DNA of 64,000 nt from Tubiluchus corallicola (GCA_030141605.1 JAQGDQ010000454.1:124001-188000); one strand, 5' to 3'; counted from the first letter of the stretch, positions 14,172 through 28,745 are shown. The notes: generated by a model not told the origin, from the letters alone. Numbers and translations are program-made.

Positions 14172-15687
14172 GTGAGCAATTTATTCGCTGAATAGAATGT
14201 ATTTTAGTGTACTTGCCTCACCAATGAACAGTGCCGGCTCGTAGCTAAAATTAGTGGGGTGCTGCTTTAGAAAATGTTTAGCCATTGTTTGAGTATTGTG
14301 TAAAACAAAATAAACATATGTGTGCTTGCAAACGAAAACCACCCATAAGTCGGCGAACTATGCTATGACGCTGCAAAGTAGAATGCACCTAAAATTTGGT
14401 CAAATGTCAATTTTTTTATGTAAACAAATGCTTAATATATTAGACTTTTAAATTCTAGCATCAAATTATCAAGAAAATGTTCAGAAAATATTAAAGATCT
14501 AATTTTATAAACCCGTGCCCACTTTTCTGACCAGAAACTAGTATCAAAATAATCCTCATGAAATGGAGATTTAGGATATTAGGATATAACTAGGATAACT
14601 TAATTGCCGACTTATGGACGATTTTGCTTTTCAAGCACACATTTGTGAATATAATTTTAAACAAACAAACCTATGAAAAATATTGTTTGCTTACTAATAG
14701 CCTAGATTGTCACAGTTCAAGCTTGATCCATTCACGGTACGGTGAAAACTGACGACAAACTGTGTGAGCGACAGTACTTTCTCTAACTGGACCCAGACAT
14801 GTGCCCATGGCCGCATACGCACAATAGCCAAACACCACGTTGCTGGAGCATACTATGCTGGGCTGTGAAGCAAACAGTACTATCCTCACGTGCTCTGGTT
14901 CCGTACAAGTACAAATAAAGAACTAAACTAAACAAAAAAGACTTATTATATTGAATATTATCAATAATATTGAATGAAAATAGGGGGTGCTGCAGTTCCA
15001 CAGTACCTATACACGAGTCGCCACTGCCCATAACTGTGAAACAGTTATGTAGTAATTAATCCCAAACTTGCAGCAGCACCCCTGTTTTCACTCAATAGTA
15101 TCAATAATATTCAATATAATAAGTCTTTTTTCTTTAGTTCCTTCTTTATACTTATGTGGAACCAGAGCACATGTGGGTAGCTCTGTTTGCTTCACAGCCC
15201 AGCACTGTGGTGTGTGTGCACACCGTGCCCTACACTGCTAGCGTCTGCTGCTAGGTAGAGAAAGTATTGTCGTTCACAGGCTTTGTTGTCAGTTGTCACG
15301 TGCTAAAAACTGTGTATCGGCATATTCTTGAAAACTGCGGCAATTTTGGCTTTTCGTAAATAAAAAATTTTTATTTAGGATTTTATCAAGTTTATGTATA
15401 AATTTTGGTATGTTTGTTCGTTTAAAGTTACAATTACAAATTGCAGTAATAAAACAATAACTAAAAATTGTTCTGAAGCAGCAACCACAGTAATTTTAGC
15501 TATGAGCCGCCATTAGTACAAAAGCATGTATATAATATTCTGAAGTTATTAGTAGTGACATATTAGATAAAAAACTACCATTCATCATGTGTAAAGGCAC
15601 ATATTTTACAGTAATTATTGTTTATTAATATACATTTTTTCGTTCAATTATTGAAAGCCTCAGTATCTAATGTTCTCGTGTTTATAG

Positions 15688-15975
15688 AACTGGTGTGATT
15701 CAAGTATCTGATCGAGTGATAGCTATTAATGGCTGCTATCTGGAAGATGGTACGTTGGATGAAGCAAACCATCTCATCCGAGAATCCGGACTGCGGATGA
15801 CACTCGAGGTGGAATTCGACGTGGCAGAATCAGTCGTCCCGAGCAGCGGAATATTCCACGTGAAGCTGGCAAAGCGAGGAGCGGGTCTCGGGATAACCAT
15901 CACGTCTCCTAGCAACCGCCATTCCGGCGATCCCTTGATAATCTCAGACATAAGAAAGGGAAGCGTTGCACATCG
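15688..15975 (+). CDS. GRIP1: GRIP exon (PDZ4 C-half and PDZ5 N-half)
   Basis: tatag|...CG|gtacgt; [24 protein letters not shown]...[13 protein letters not shown], a diagnostic GRIP sequence. Confidence 0.95.
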
Positions 15976-16607
15976 GTACGTGATTTGCTTCTCCTGGCTA
16001 AAACGCAGAACAACTATTGTTTAATCGCTGACTAGTCTTAAATGTTAACGATAGAGAAATCTGTAGCAGGTTAGAAAAATATATAGGTGGTTTCAAGCAA
16101 GCAGAAAGAATTAATCAGTAGAAACGCGAGTAAAACCCATAAAATATTAATTTATATGATTTAAGCAGCATTTATTTTTGCTTCTGGAACGTATCTCGGT
16201 TCTTTTACATTACTTTCTATGGAAGTCTTGGCTTCGTTTAACGACGTTTCGCTGAACGTCACATTTTGTTGGAATGAATTGGCGTCGTTAAGCGATGACT
16301 TACTGTATTATTATTGGTGGTACAGACCAACAATTAATTAAACTAGGTACAAATTAGAAATGCTGAACTGGTTGGCCAACTATAGGGGGTTAATTTTTGA
16401 CTACCATGATCGCTAGGGACACATCAGTCTAGCAGTCATGTGGCCTGCCTTGTAAACAGAAGGTTCCTGGTTCGAACCAGACTAGTGGGCTTATTTCATA
16501 ACATTTTTGCTGCAAATGTGCATACTGTAGTTGTAATAGTTTGAAGGTGTTTAACGTGGAACAAAATGTTACAAATTCCTAATTGTTTGCTGCTGTTTTA
16601 TTTTTAG

Positions 16608-16753
16608 GACTGGAGTTATTCAACCCGGTGACAAGCTGTGGGCAATAGATAATGTTCGACTTGACAACTGCTCCATTGAAGATGCTGCACAAATCATAGA
16701 AACTTCTGGCGAGATTGTAAAATTGAGAATTCAGAAAGACGATGCATTTAACG
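16608..16753 (+). CDS. GRIP1: GRIP exon (PDZ5 C-half)
   Basis: tttag|...G|gtaag; [30 protein letters not shown]...VKLRIQKD. Confidence 0.92.
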
Positions 16754-17552
16754 GTAAGTTGCAGAATATTTCTGTGTTAATGCCATAAGCACAGAGTTAG
16801 TTTAAAGTAAAACCGGACCCAATGTTAAACTGTAGGTCAAAACAATCTACTCTTTAAAATATTGAAAGGAAACATACTATTTTTTCAAGAATGACTTACG
16901 TGTGAAAGAATTATTACCACACAAACACATTTTGCATTTGCGCCACTAGTTCTTTGCTGCTACATGCATTTAGATGCTAGTTAGACGGGCATTAGTGCCT
17001 ACATTTCGGAAATGCAGTGTACAAAAACAGGTGCTGTACCTCTCAGTTCAAATGTGTTAGTTTGTGACAAACTACACACATTCAACAGCTTGTGTGAGCA
17101 CAGCAGTAAATTTGAATCTGTATCTTAAAACTTGCAGAGTTTTAGTAGACCACGCTGAATATCTTACAGTAGCACTGTACTAAAGAAAAAAGATTATTAT
17201 ATTGAATATTATCGATAATAATGAGTGAAAATAGGGGGTGCTGCAATATCACATGCAGTACACCTATACACGAGCCGCCACTGCTAGTTTTAGTACAACA
17301 CACTGAATATCTTACAGTAGCCTTGTACTTCAATTTTCTTTTACGCAAACACATGCAACACGCTCGTGGAACATTTTTGCACTTTTTTGCACATTTTTCA
17401 ACACCCTTGAAAATGGAGTAGTATATAAAAAATCATCCTGTCTTCCTTTATGAGATTATCGCGTCCTGCTTCATCGTTTAACATTTAATTTTAACCGAAT
17501 TAGTTTTAAAGAAACACAAATGCAGAAAATGATTATAGCCACTTTCATCTAG

Positions 17553-17697
17553 ATTCGCCAGAATCATCCGATGCAGTGGTTTACTCTGTGGAGCTGATAC
17601 GGCATGGCGGTCCGCTGGGCATCACCATCTCCGGAACAGAGGAACTATTTGATCCCATCATCATTTCTGGGCTCACGGAAAGAGGTTTGGCTGAGAG
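17553..17697 (+). CDS. GRIP1: GRIP exon (PDZ6 N-half)
   Basis: tctag|...AG|gtgag; [40 protein letters not shown]. Confidence 0.92.
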
Positions 17698-18134
17698 GTG
17701 AGTACCACCCTAATTAATCGGCTGAAATCAAACCTTTATATGTCACAAATTGAATACGGCCAAAGTTCCAGTAAAGCTTAGTGCATTCTAGTATACAATT
17801 AAAAATATATAGTTATTTATGTGCTTGCATTTGTGTGCTATGCAAAATCGTCCACAAATTGGCAATTTAGCGTTGTCTAAAGTTGTTTCAAATGGCGTAT
17901 CGTCAAAATGGCTGCACTTACGGTCATCGCAGGAGCTTAAATTTACAAGTTTTATACAGTGTTGCTGTTGACGCAAGCCATGCATGCACAAAGACAGTAT
18001 GTAAGTGGTATAAAATTTCAAGACAATTTTTTCAAGTTTTATGTAAGTGGAGGGTTTTCTTTTGCTTTAACAATTTTTGTCCTGTTTATATGACTCATCA
18101 TAACATTCTAATATCATGTGCTATCACTTTTTAG

Positions 18135-18268
18135 GACAGGAGCATTGCATGTTGGAGACAGAATACTGGCCATCAACGGTAAAAGTCTGAGAGGGAAACC
18201 ACTAAGCGAAGCCATACACATGTTACAGAATGCGGGAGATAAAGTCACATTAAAAATCAGCCGAAATA
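18135..18268 (+). CDS. GRIP1: GRIP exon (PDZ6 C-half)
   Basis: tttag|...A|gtgag; [41 protein letters not shown]. Confidence 0.93.
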
Positions 18269-20310
18269 GTGAGTGCATTAAAACATCAATGATTAAACAA
18301 AAACTGTTAGAAATATTTTCTGCCCATGACCAGAGTGCGATAATTGGCATGGATGGCACGTATTTATGCAGCGCTTATAACTAACGATGTAGTGTAACTG
18401 TAACGGTACTGTCCATTCATTTCGAATCGAGGTGGGTTATGTTATGCCTTCAACGGACGAAGATTGACATTAATGCATAACATGGTCAGGGGTGTATCAA
18501 GACGATGCCCTAGGCTGATAATTCTCTCCCACCCATCTCTGTTGTGAATTTATGGTTTGTTTATGTAATGAGCCGATTAAACAATTACTTGTCGTGTAGT
18601 AGAAACACTCCCTAGTTTCCACATGGTCCTTGTTAGTTACATGTATTTGCATAGCACTTAAATTCCAGCAGGTTGCTCAGCTGCTTGTTGAGTAATACCT
18701 TGCACCTGTTCATTATGTGGTACTTATATAAAAGCTGCTCTCAGTAACTGCCTGTGGTGTGTTATAAAATGCTCCCCTTTACATGAATATGAAAGTATAC
18801 ACATTTTCCGAGGAGAATGACAATTTTTTCAGAAATGTGACGCCTTCAAGCTTTGGCACCCTAAGCTATACCCTAGCTAGCCTATAGGTTAATACACCCC
18901 TGAACACAGTGAACTTTTATGTTCAAAATCAATGCAAAATTCTTTATTAATAGAAGTGAAGGTATACAACACTGTTTGTATTCATCTTATAACGTAATCG
19001 CCAATTCTCAATTAACGTATTTACTACAGTATTCACCATAAAGGCAGGTGACTTGATCCACCTCCGACGATCTGATCTTCACAATGCATACTGAGAACAA
19101 TGCCAGGGCAACTACGCAGCCTGCTGCCTGTGAGTGCATGATCCGAAAACTAAGGTGGCAGCACCTTCCAGTGATATATTAACGTAGTTAAGCAACAATG
19201 CATGGACAGCAGTTACAGTAAATGTTTGTGATGTAGTATCTTTTAATAATCATAATTGTGTGTTATATTAATAACTGTGAAAGTTGGTATTTGTACATTG
19301 TAGTAAAGTACCATCTAGGTGCTAATCTTGTAACATTCATCTAGCTGACTTACAATGAGTATAATTGTGTGGTCCAGTGACTGCATACATACTGACCCTC
19401 TCCCTATCTTAAATTAATGGTTATTGGTAAATTAATTAGGGCAAGTTGCATAGGTCTAGATCAATACCTAAATACTGGCTGTGAAACAGGTTTTACTGAC
19501 TGGTTTTGATTCTAGTTTTCCATGTTCAATGCAGCAGTTTTTCTACTCGTGTTTCTGTAATAAAATAAACACTTTTCATTCGTGTAAAATGCAAAGATTT
19601 ATTGTAGCTGTTTGGTTCTTATCCATAGTTTTCTGAGTGTGTCCATTCTCAAGCATATCAAAGTAACTCGATAACAACTTCAAAAGTGATTTTGACAATA
19701 ACCACTTGCTTGTTATACCATATTTATATAAAAGCGGGAGCCAGTCACTGCTTGTGGTGTGTTACTAAATACACGCTTTATATGAATATGAAAGGGTACA
19801 CATGTTCAAAGAAAAATGAGAATTTTCTAACACAGGGCTCCTAAAATCTGGCTCTGTCAAAATTTGGCATCCTAGACTACAGCCTAGTTAACTTATTGGA
19901 AAAAAATGCCATTTTGGGTATTAACGGTAAATATGCATTCTCTGAATACTCATATAGTAAAGATGGTTTCTTTTTTAAGCCAGAAAGTTTGTGGAGTGTG
20001 TATTTTGAAATTGACATGTTATGACAAAAGTTTAGGCTGCTCTTAAAACTCTAAAATAAAGCTAGCGGAGAACAAAGGAAACTTAGGCATGCCATTCATT
20101 CCTTTTAACACAGAATGAGAGTAGTAACAACAGTAATCTTCTAAAGTAAAAATGTTATAAGTAAAATTTAATTCTATCCTAATTTGTTTACTTGGGGCAT
20201 TACAATTTAGCATAATACAATATGTTATCCAATTGAGCTTGAAATAATTTCTTGTTTGGAATTTGGGATGACCTGGCTAGTGTTTTACATTTAAGCCACT
20301 TTTCTTACAG

Positions 20311-20505
20311 GAAGTCGAAGAAGTTCCGGAAAGGACTCTGACACGGATAAGGATGAGTACCTCGAGAAACATGGAACACCGATTCCGAGCGTCGACAGCG
20401 CCGTCGAGTCGTGGGACGGCTCCGGCGTGGAAAACGGCTCACATGGCGATAAGAGCAGACCACACAGTGGAAAGACCAGTGGAAAAGGTCCTGGAGGAGC
20501 AAGAG
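20311..20505 (+). CDS. GRIP1: GRIP exon (PDZ6-PDZ7 linker)
   Basis: ttacag|...G|gtaaaa; contains PSVDSAVESWDGSG, a motif conserved in the GRIP linker. Confidence 0.88.
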
Positions 20506-22313
20506 GTAAAAAATCAGTACTGCAGAAATAGAATTAATAAATAGAGACTGAAGCTGTGTCAGTTGCTACTACATCAGCTGACTCACACAGTAAATCGGCT
20601 AGCTCGGCTAAAGTTGACTGACTTTTCAGCTGAGTTGATTTAAAGAAAAAAATCAGCTAAGTCAGCCAAAGCTGCAAATTTTTGATAACTAAATAAATGA
20701 TGAATTGTTAGTTAACTGTTAAATTTTGGAGACAAATTTTTTAAATAATTTGTGCTGCTTATACACAGAGGAAAGCTGATGTACAAATTCAAATAATGCA
20801 TCACAGATCAATTTTTTATTATTATAAACAAGCAATGGATTTATTGCAAATATAATTTAAATCCAACTCTTGGTTAGGCTTTTCTTGATTACCGACGAAT
20901 CAATACCAAAACACCAAAATGATTCCGTATGTGTGACTAACTTTGCCTATTTGTGTCTTTAATTTTGGACTGACCAGCTTTCTCGTTCAAAAATTTTTAA
21001 AGTTTAGTATCTCTGTCAGCATCTACACAGTCTGACTGTCAATATGCAATGCATTTGTCAGCCGTGATCTGCAGTGTCACGTGATTATCGCAAGAGTGAA
21101 AATCTTCGCAGCAACAGTGTCAACTAGTTCGACTCCCATCACCAAGTGGCTGGCACGCCTGATGCTGATTTTCTTATTGGCTAGGTCGACTGTAGAAATA
21201 AACCGGCTGTGGGCTCTATTAATAATGATCCTGCCAGATTATGCAGACAACATGAGGAAAACTAGTATACTAGCCACTTTTTTGGAGTAAAACTCACTCC
21301 ATCTGCAGCTGAATCTACTGCAGAAATATTATCAAATTCCAATGGTTTACAAATCATATTACTAAAATTGTAGCAAGGTATACCCAAGTTTGCAAAAAAT
21401 GAATACTGTGTCTCCTTACGAAATCTACTCTCTTGTTTTTTCTGCCTAATATTTATGACTGCTGTGCAGTTTGCAATTTAAAGTTTTTATAAATAGACCC
21501 AGTTTTCTCCAATTTCGATCAAGTGAAGTTTAGAAATTGCAAATAAGACAAGTTTAGATAACTTTACAGCAATGAAACAAATCCCAGAGAAACTTGCACA
21601 ATAGCATAGGACCCACACAAGTGAAGTTACGGGTATATAGGAGAGATCTTACAGATCTCGTACTGAAATCAACCACCATTGTTTATAGGAGCTTTAAAAT
21701 TAGTGGTGGCTCATGCATAGGTACTGTGGAACTGCAGCACCCTCTATTTTTACTCATTATTAAGTCTTTTTTCTTTAGTTTTTTCTTTATGTTTGTACGG
21801 AACCAGAGCCCGTTTATCCGTAAAAGTGATGTCCGTCAACCGAGATATGAGTGTATATGTATGAATGCACCTAGCTGTAATGCCAAACTCACTTAAAGCC
21901 AACTTTTCTGCAGTCCCAAAGTAGGCAGTATAAAGAAGTTAATGTATAATGATTTTGCCAATGACAAAGATTTGCTATTAATCATGCATTCACTAACTAA
22001 AATGAGTAACCAGTTTAAGAGCATAAACCAGCCTATAATTTAGGCTGGGGCTAGGTTAACGGCCATTAGTCAAGATTCTGAGCTAATTTAAAACATCACA
22101 AACATTTTAGTAATAAAATTGGTAAGAATTGGCGTGTTTTAGGCCAAATTAAGGCCTCAGTAGGTCAAAATGAGGCTCGGTTAGAAAAGTCATTATTTTA
22201 GCTTTTCATTCATTCAGAGAATGTTTCTTATGACCAAAAATAGAAAACCAATATTATTTAACTGCCTAAATCTCTCTTAAGACATTTTTCTGATATTTAA
22301 ATTAAGACTAGAC

Positions 22314-22402
<89 letters not shown>

Positions 22403-22456
22403 ATTATATTAATTATTTCCTTGTAATGTAAGATAAAATGGGTACTGTTTTTGTAG

Positions 22457-23430
22457 GACGTAACGCAAAACGTTCAAAAGCTCGAAGCATCACCCTGAAG
22501 CCTGATGGTGGAATAGAGATCCAAGAAGACCCGGTTCATTCAGAAGACGAGTGGGAGTTGCCCTCCACCAACAGCCTCTCCGGGCACAGTGATGGAGGTG
22601 AAGGAGAGGCTGACAAGCCTCCTCGGTTAACACCTCCTCGCGAAGTCAGCAGCATGAGAGGCGAGGATCAGTGTCGCTCGATGGACGCTTTGAGTGATCG
22701 CACGGACAACAGCTGGACAAAGGTCCTGGAAGATCTGGAGACATGTGGCAACTCTCGGATACTGCGAGAACTGGAAGAGAGCATCATGAAGGGCAGCGAG
22801 GTTCGGCTGCAGGTCAACAATGACACGCCATCACTAACGACGTCGAAACTCTTGCAACGTTCACGTCCACAACCCCAATACCTGACTCCGGCCAGTCTGG
22901 ATGCAGTCCTGGAAGATCTCACGAATACGAACTGGTCCGACTCTGAGAGCAGTCGAAATAATACCCTCGAGAAAAAATCTGAGGGGTTTCATAACATTAA
23001 TGACACCCTTCACAGCATGTTGAATCCGCCCCCCGTTGAACTACACAAGGTGACGTTGTACAAGGACAAGACGTTCGACGATTTTGGCTTCAGTGTCTCT
23101 GACGGGTTATTTGAAAAGGGCATCTACATCAACCGCATGCGGTCGAATGGACCCGCCTGCATGTCCGGATTGATAAAACCGTATGATCGCATCCTCCAGA
23201 TCAACTCAACGAAAACTCGCGATTTTGACTGCTGCCTGGCGGTGCCGCTGATCGCGTCTGTCGGTGATCGAATAGAACTGGTCATCAGTCGCAATCCGTT
23301 AATGTCCCAGAAGGATTTGACCGACGCGGGTCCCGCTCCCTGGGAGCAGGAAGACGAGGATGACAACACGCCAACACCGACTCCATCTGCAACGTCTACA
23401 TTATCGAATCACAAATTGAAAACGTTATAG
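22457..23430 (+). CDS. GRIP1: GRIP last coding exon (linker, PDZ7, C-terminus ...KLKTL*)
   Basis: tgtag| acceptor; WTKVLEDLETCGNSRILRELE and PVELHKVTLYKD...DFGFSVSDGL...RDFDCCLAVPLIA...IELVISRNP are GRIP PDZ7 signatures. Confidence 0.95.
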
Positions 23431-25890
23431 CCAACGTTTTTTGTCCTTTTCTAAATTACTGCTATTTGTACAGATCTGTTATGGCGATATGTGTGCTTGC
23501 ATAGCAAAATCGTCCATAAGTCGGCAATTACACTTTTCTATGTTGCTGTGGACTTTGCAAGAGCACATTGTAGTTATGTTTAAAACTAGTAGATGGCTCT
23601 TACTGACGAAATTCTGGGATTGGCAACAGTGAAAACCCGAGCTACTATCGGAGTTTGAAATATAATTTTTTTTACAATTAGGGTACTAGTTTTTTAGCCA
23701 GAGAAGTGGGTACAGGGTTGTAAAATTAGATTTTTCATATTTTTTGAGCATTTTCTTGATAATTTGATGCTCGAATAAAAAGTGCAATATATTTAGCATT
23801 TGTTTATATAAAAAATAAAAAATTAGCATGTCACCCAATTTTTGGTGCATTCTACTTTGAAGCACCATAACGTAGTTTTAACTATGCCGACTTATGGACA
23901 GTTTTGGTTTGCAAGCACACTTGAGCTAGAAGATACTTGCTATGCTCGCTTTGATAAATAGTATATTTGCAAGTGTATCCTACATGCTTATTTTACAGTT
24001 AAGAAAAGAAATCTACAGGTCCCCTTTCAATGTTAACCAAAGATGCGTAATCATTGCTAATTACTTGAAAATGTGACTGCAAAATGGTAGAAGTGTAATT
24101 GCTGTTAGCTGAAAGATTATTAATGGCATAGTTTAGACTACTTGATATCAAAATGAATTATTTTGTATTTAGTTTGTGATAGCCTGCACTGGTAGATTAA
24201 TTGTGTAAACAGCGTGAATCTTTGTTGCAACTAACAAAGTTTTGAGTGCTGTTGCGTAGTATTTTTTGAGTTAGTATAACGAGCTTGTTTTATTAAGTGC
24301 TTGTCGCTGAAGTAAGTATTTTCAGGGGCGTATTAACCAATAGGCTAACTAGGCCATAACCTAGGGCTCCAAGGTTTGAGGGCGCCACATTTTAGAAAAA
24401 ATTCTTATTCGCCTCGGAAATTTACTTTCATATTTATATAATACTTTCATATTCATGTAAAAGGTGCATTTTGTAACAGACAACAGACCACAGGCAGTTA
24501 CTGAATACAGCTTTTATATAAGTGTCACATAACGAGCAGGTGCAAGGTATTACACAACAAGCAGTTGTGTGCAACCTGCTTGAATATAAGCACTATGCAA
24601 ATATGTGGAATTAATAATGACCATGTAGAAACTAGGTTAATAGTTTTTCTAATACACCACAAGTAATTGTTTAATTACTTCTCATTACATAAGCAACCAT
24701 AAATTCACAATAGAGATGGGCGGCGCAGCATTATCAGCCTAGGACGTCGTAAAGTCTTGATATGCCCCTGAATATTTAAACTAGTGCTTGTAGTTTATCT
24801 GTAAAAAATGTACATGTACACTTTTTCACTTAGTAATTAAGCAAGATGTTAAGTTAATAATATATCAAAATGTCTATTTGTACATATATGTTTTAGTTTT
24901 TGTAGCATATCGTTTTAGTCTCGAGATTGTGCAAGGTTAAAAGAGCAGCTATTGTATGGTTTGTTTGGCAACTCTGCATGTTTGCATTTTTTGCCAGCAA
25001 ATGTCACTGCAAATCAGTAAATTTTAGTGGCGTGACATTGTTTATTGTATTCGTACTTCATCTATTAGAAGATAGTCATATGTTAAGACTTAATAGTGAG
25101 CATTTTTTAAAGTTAATTTATTTTTTAATCGGAAATTATAGTATGGTGGTGACATCTATATTCATACTTTGTATACTAAGTAAAGGCATGCAAGTGTGGA
25201 AAGTTCACAATAACCACTCTTTTTTAGTGAATAATGCCACTTATGCTGGGACACTCTTAGAGATGTTACAATATCTTTATTGTTTTTTATCAGTAGGACT
25301 CTATTAAGCCTACATATATGTTTTTTGCCTAACAATCAAGTGCAGTTTTTCTATTGCACAACATCGCACCCATTTGTTTGCCAAACAACAGACCATAGAA
25401 TTTGAATTAGAAAAAGGGACACATTGTTGCCTCAGTTTTTGTTTGAGGCTTGCAGTCTCTCTGTGCACACACATGGCATTTAAATCTGTGAATTGTGACA
25501 TTGTTATGGGTATCATTGCATTAATCTGATAATCATAACCCGGCAAAATTTAAACATGATTTTAAGAAATAGAGCACCCAACCTAAAATTGTTGTTCGCT
25601 AAAAAGCTGTGCAAACTCACTTAGCATCCACTTATAATATGTATATTTAGATTTTATTGTTTCTTCTCGTACTTTATCTTTTCGTGGCGTGTTTATGTTT
25701 ATATTTATTACTTGTATAGTGTTGAGTTTGGTTTATTTAAACTGTAAATTGACTGAATATTAGTGTTAATATATTTTCAAAATTGTGAGTAAAATTTTAT
25801 TTATATTCTTTCTTGTGTTTCTCCCCTAGTTGACCATTATGATATCTATAGATATAATTCGTAATTGCAGTATAATAAACCTTCTCTATC

Positions 25891-27885
25891 TTGAATTGAA
25901 TTTGAATTTGAATTTATTTATTCCACAGCAACTCAAATATACATATAAATTGATATAACATTGAAAAAAATAAATAAACTATGCGAGTTACTGTGAGGAG
26001 GAGGAAGGAGCATTTTGCTTTCGAGTCCTCCTCCAGATAAGTGAAACAATTGACAATTAACATTACATTTTCATCAGTTATAGCATACATTAGAACAAAG
26101 TAAGTTTTGTTAGTAACTTAAGATCAGGATGAGTAAAATTGTGAGTTAATTATACCGGTGTAGTAGGTAATTCTTTGATGCTTTTTTAAATTGATAAAGA
26201 TTAAGAGTTTTCATTTCACGCGGAATTGATGACCATATTTTAATAGCATTATATTTTGATGACTGTTTCATTATATTTGTTTTTGGAAGGGGGAGTACAT
26301 AGTTTTCGACTGAATATCTTGTGTAATGATCATGTTGATTTGAAACTGGACTAAAGTATGACTGAAAAGCTGGTGGAAGTAGTGAATTATGATAGTGATA
26401 CATGAAATGAAGACAATACATGTCATATATTTCTTTCACTTTAAGAGTTTTAACAGACAAATAAATTATATTTGTGGGATGGTCATACCTTACATGATAT
26501 ATTAGTTTGAGAATTTTGTTCTGGGTAATTTGTAAAGCTTCCAGATTACTTTTATATACACCACCCCAAGACATGACGCCATATATTAGATATGGGTAGA
26601 CTAAACTGTAATAGATTTTCATCAATGTTTCTCTATTAACAAACTTGCGTAATTTATAGATGATTCCCAAGGTTTTACTCAATTTATGCTTTATTATACT
26701 TATTTGGTACTTCCAGTCTAGGTGCTCATCAAGAAATATTCCCAAATATTTAACATGTGACTTTTTTTCAACAATAACATTACTAAGAACTATGGTTATA
26801 TTTCTTGATGGTGTTCTCCTTTTCTTTTTTAGAAGCATGAAGTTAGATTTATTAATATTCAATGAGACCTTATTGACATTCAACCATTCTGTTACTTTAT
26901 TTAACTGGGTATTCATAACACTCTCCAAGTTATCTATATTTGAATCACTTAAAAAAATATTTGTGTCATCTGCAAAAAGTCTGAAGATTAAATTTGAGCA
27001 ACTTAGTGGCATATCATTTATATATAGAAGAAATAAAAGTGGTCCTAGAGTAGAACCTTGGGGAACACCATGCTTAATTGGAAGTGTATTGGATTTACAT
27101 CCATTTAGTTCGACATACTGGAGACGATCACAAAGATAACTTTTGAACCATGATTGAGCTGAATGTCTTATACCATAATAATGCAATTTGTCTAGAAGAA
27201 TACAATGATTTACCGTATCAAATGCCTTTGATAAATCTATAAACAGACCACAGACATACTGATCATTATCAAGCGCCTCTGCAATTTTATTAGTTATTTC
27301 AATTAATGCTAATGCTGTTGAATGCGACTTTCGAAAACCGAATTGATAGTCATATAAAACTTTGTTTTGTAAAAGAAAAGAGGACAGTTGATTAAATGCG
27401 ATTTTTTCAAGTATTTTAGAAAAAACACTTAATAGTGAAATTGGTCGATAATTAGATAACTTAGTTTTACTATTTGATTTATAAACAGGAATTACTTTAG
27501 TGAGTTTAAGCTGTTCAGGAAAAATACCAGTATTAAATGATTGATTAATTATAAAAGTTAATGGCTTGGAAATGACGGAACTAGCAATTTTAACAAAAAA
27601 ATTACTGACACCATCTGCACCAGGGGCTTTGTTACCCTTAAGTCCTGTTAATAATGAAAGCACTTCTACTTCATTAATAGGTTCAAATCTAAATTCATTA
27701 GCGAGATTACCAGTTAAATACGAAAGATGATGCTTATTGACATTTGGAATATTTTGTGCCAATGTTGATCCAACTTCAACAAAAAACTTATTAAATTTAT
27801 CAGCCATTAACTGGGGTTGGGTTATTTGCTCATTATTAATAACTAATTTAGTAAGACAATTCTTTTGGGCTTTTAGTTTTACTAG
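25891..27885 (-). mobile_element. 5'-truncated non-LTR retrotransposon (CR1/L2-group LINE) with an uninterrupted RT ORF fragment (26146-27807, open upstream to about 27885)
   Basis: RT motifs KAPGADG, YRPISLL, QFGFR, FIDLSKAFDTV, GVPQGSTLGPLLFLLYINDM, FADD, KYLG. No endonuclease domain. 3' UTR stem-loop at 25996-26034 and (ATTCAA)n tail at 25891-25915. The paralogous site near 48780-48830 lacks the insertion. Confidence 0.93.
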
Positions 27886-28059
27886 TTAAATTGTTTGTGT
27901 TAGCTTTTTTTATTACTCCAAAGTTTTCGTATAATACTTTCCATATCATTATAATAATAGAGGAGAGAGAGTTAGCAGATAAATTAAAACTGGAGCTAAC
28001 AGTTTGTTCGGCATTTAGTTAATACACTAACACCACAAAAATAAACTGAAATAGTTGTA

Positions 28060-28745
28060 TGGATTCAGGACGATGACAGATAACTCAATATTCTGACCGT
28101 AATTCTCAAAAGAAAATACAAGTTTGTTCACGAGCTAATTCATTGACAGGTAACAAAGTGTTTTCACCATCTAATGGCAGCCATTCTCAAGAGAAAATAC
28201 AAGTTTGTTCAGGAGATGATTCATTAACAGATAACTCAATATTTGACAAGCAAACGACAGTCATTCTTAAGAGAACATGCAAATTTGTCCACGAGGTGAT
28301 TTGACAGATAACTCAATATTTCGACCACCTAATGGTAGTCATTCTTGATAGGAAATACAAGTTTGTTCACGACTTTATTTATTGACAGATAATTAAATAC
28401 TTTGACCACCTAATGGCAATCGTTTTCAAGAAAACTACAAGTCTGTTCACGAGATGGTTTAATGCAGATAACTAAATATTTTGACCACCTATTGGTATCA
28501 TTCTCAAGAAAAAATACATTTTTTTCAAGAGGCGATTTCTTGACAGATAACTCAAAATTTTGGTCACTTAATAGTAGTTAGTTATTTTCAAAAGAAGATG
28601 CAATTTTACTCACGAGATAATTCGTTGATAGATAATTCAATATTTTGTCCAGCAAACAGCAGTCATTCTCAAGAGAACATGCACATTTGTTCACTAGGTG
28701 ATTTGACAGATAACTCAATAAATTGATCACTTAATGGGAATCACT
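28060..28745. repeat. Degenerate ~87-bp tandem repeat, about 8 copies, downstream of the copy 1 stop codon
   Basis: Recurring tgacagataactcaatattt...cattctcaag...caagtttgttcacgag. Confidence 0.8.

Noticed and set aside
16417-16490. tRNA gene
   Set aside because: Acceptor stem does not pair; at most tRNA-derived.
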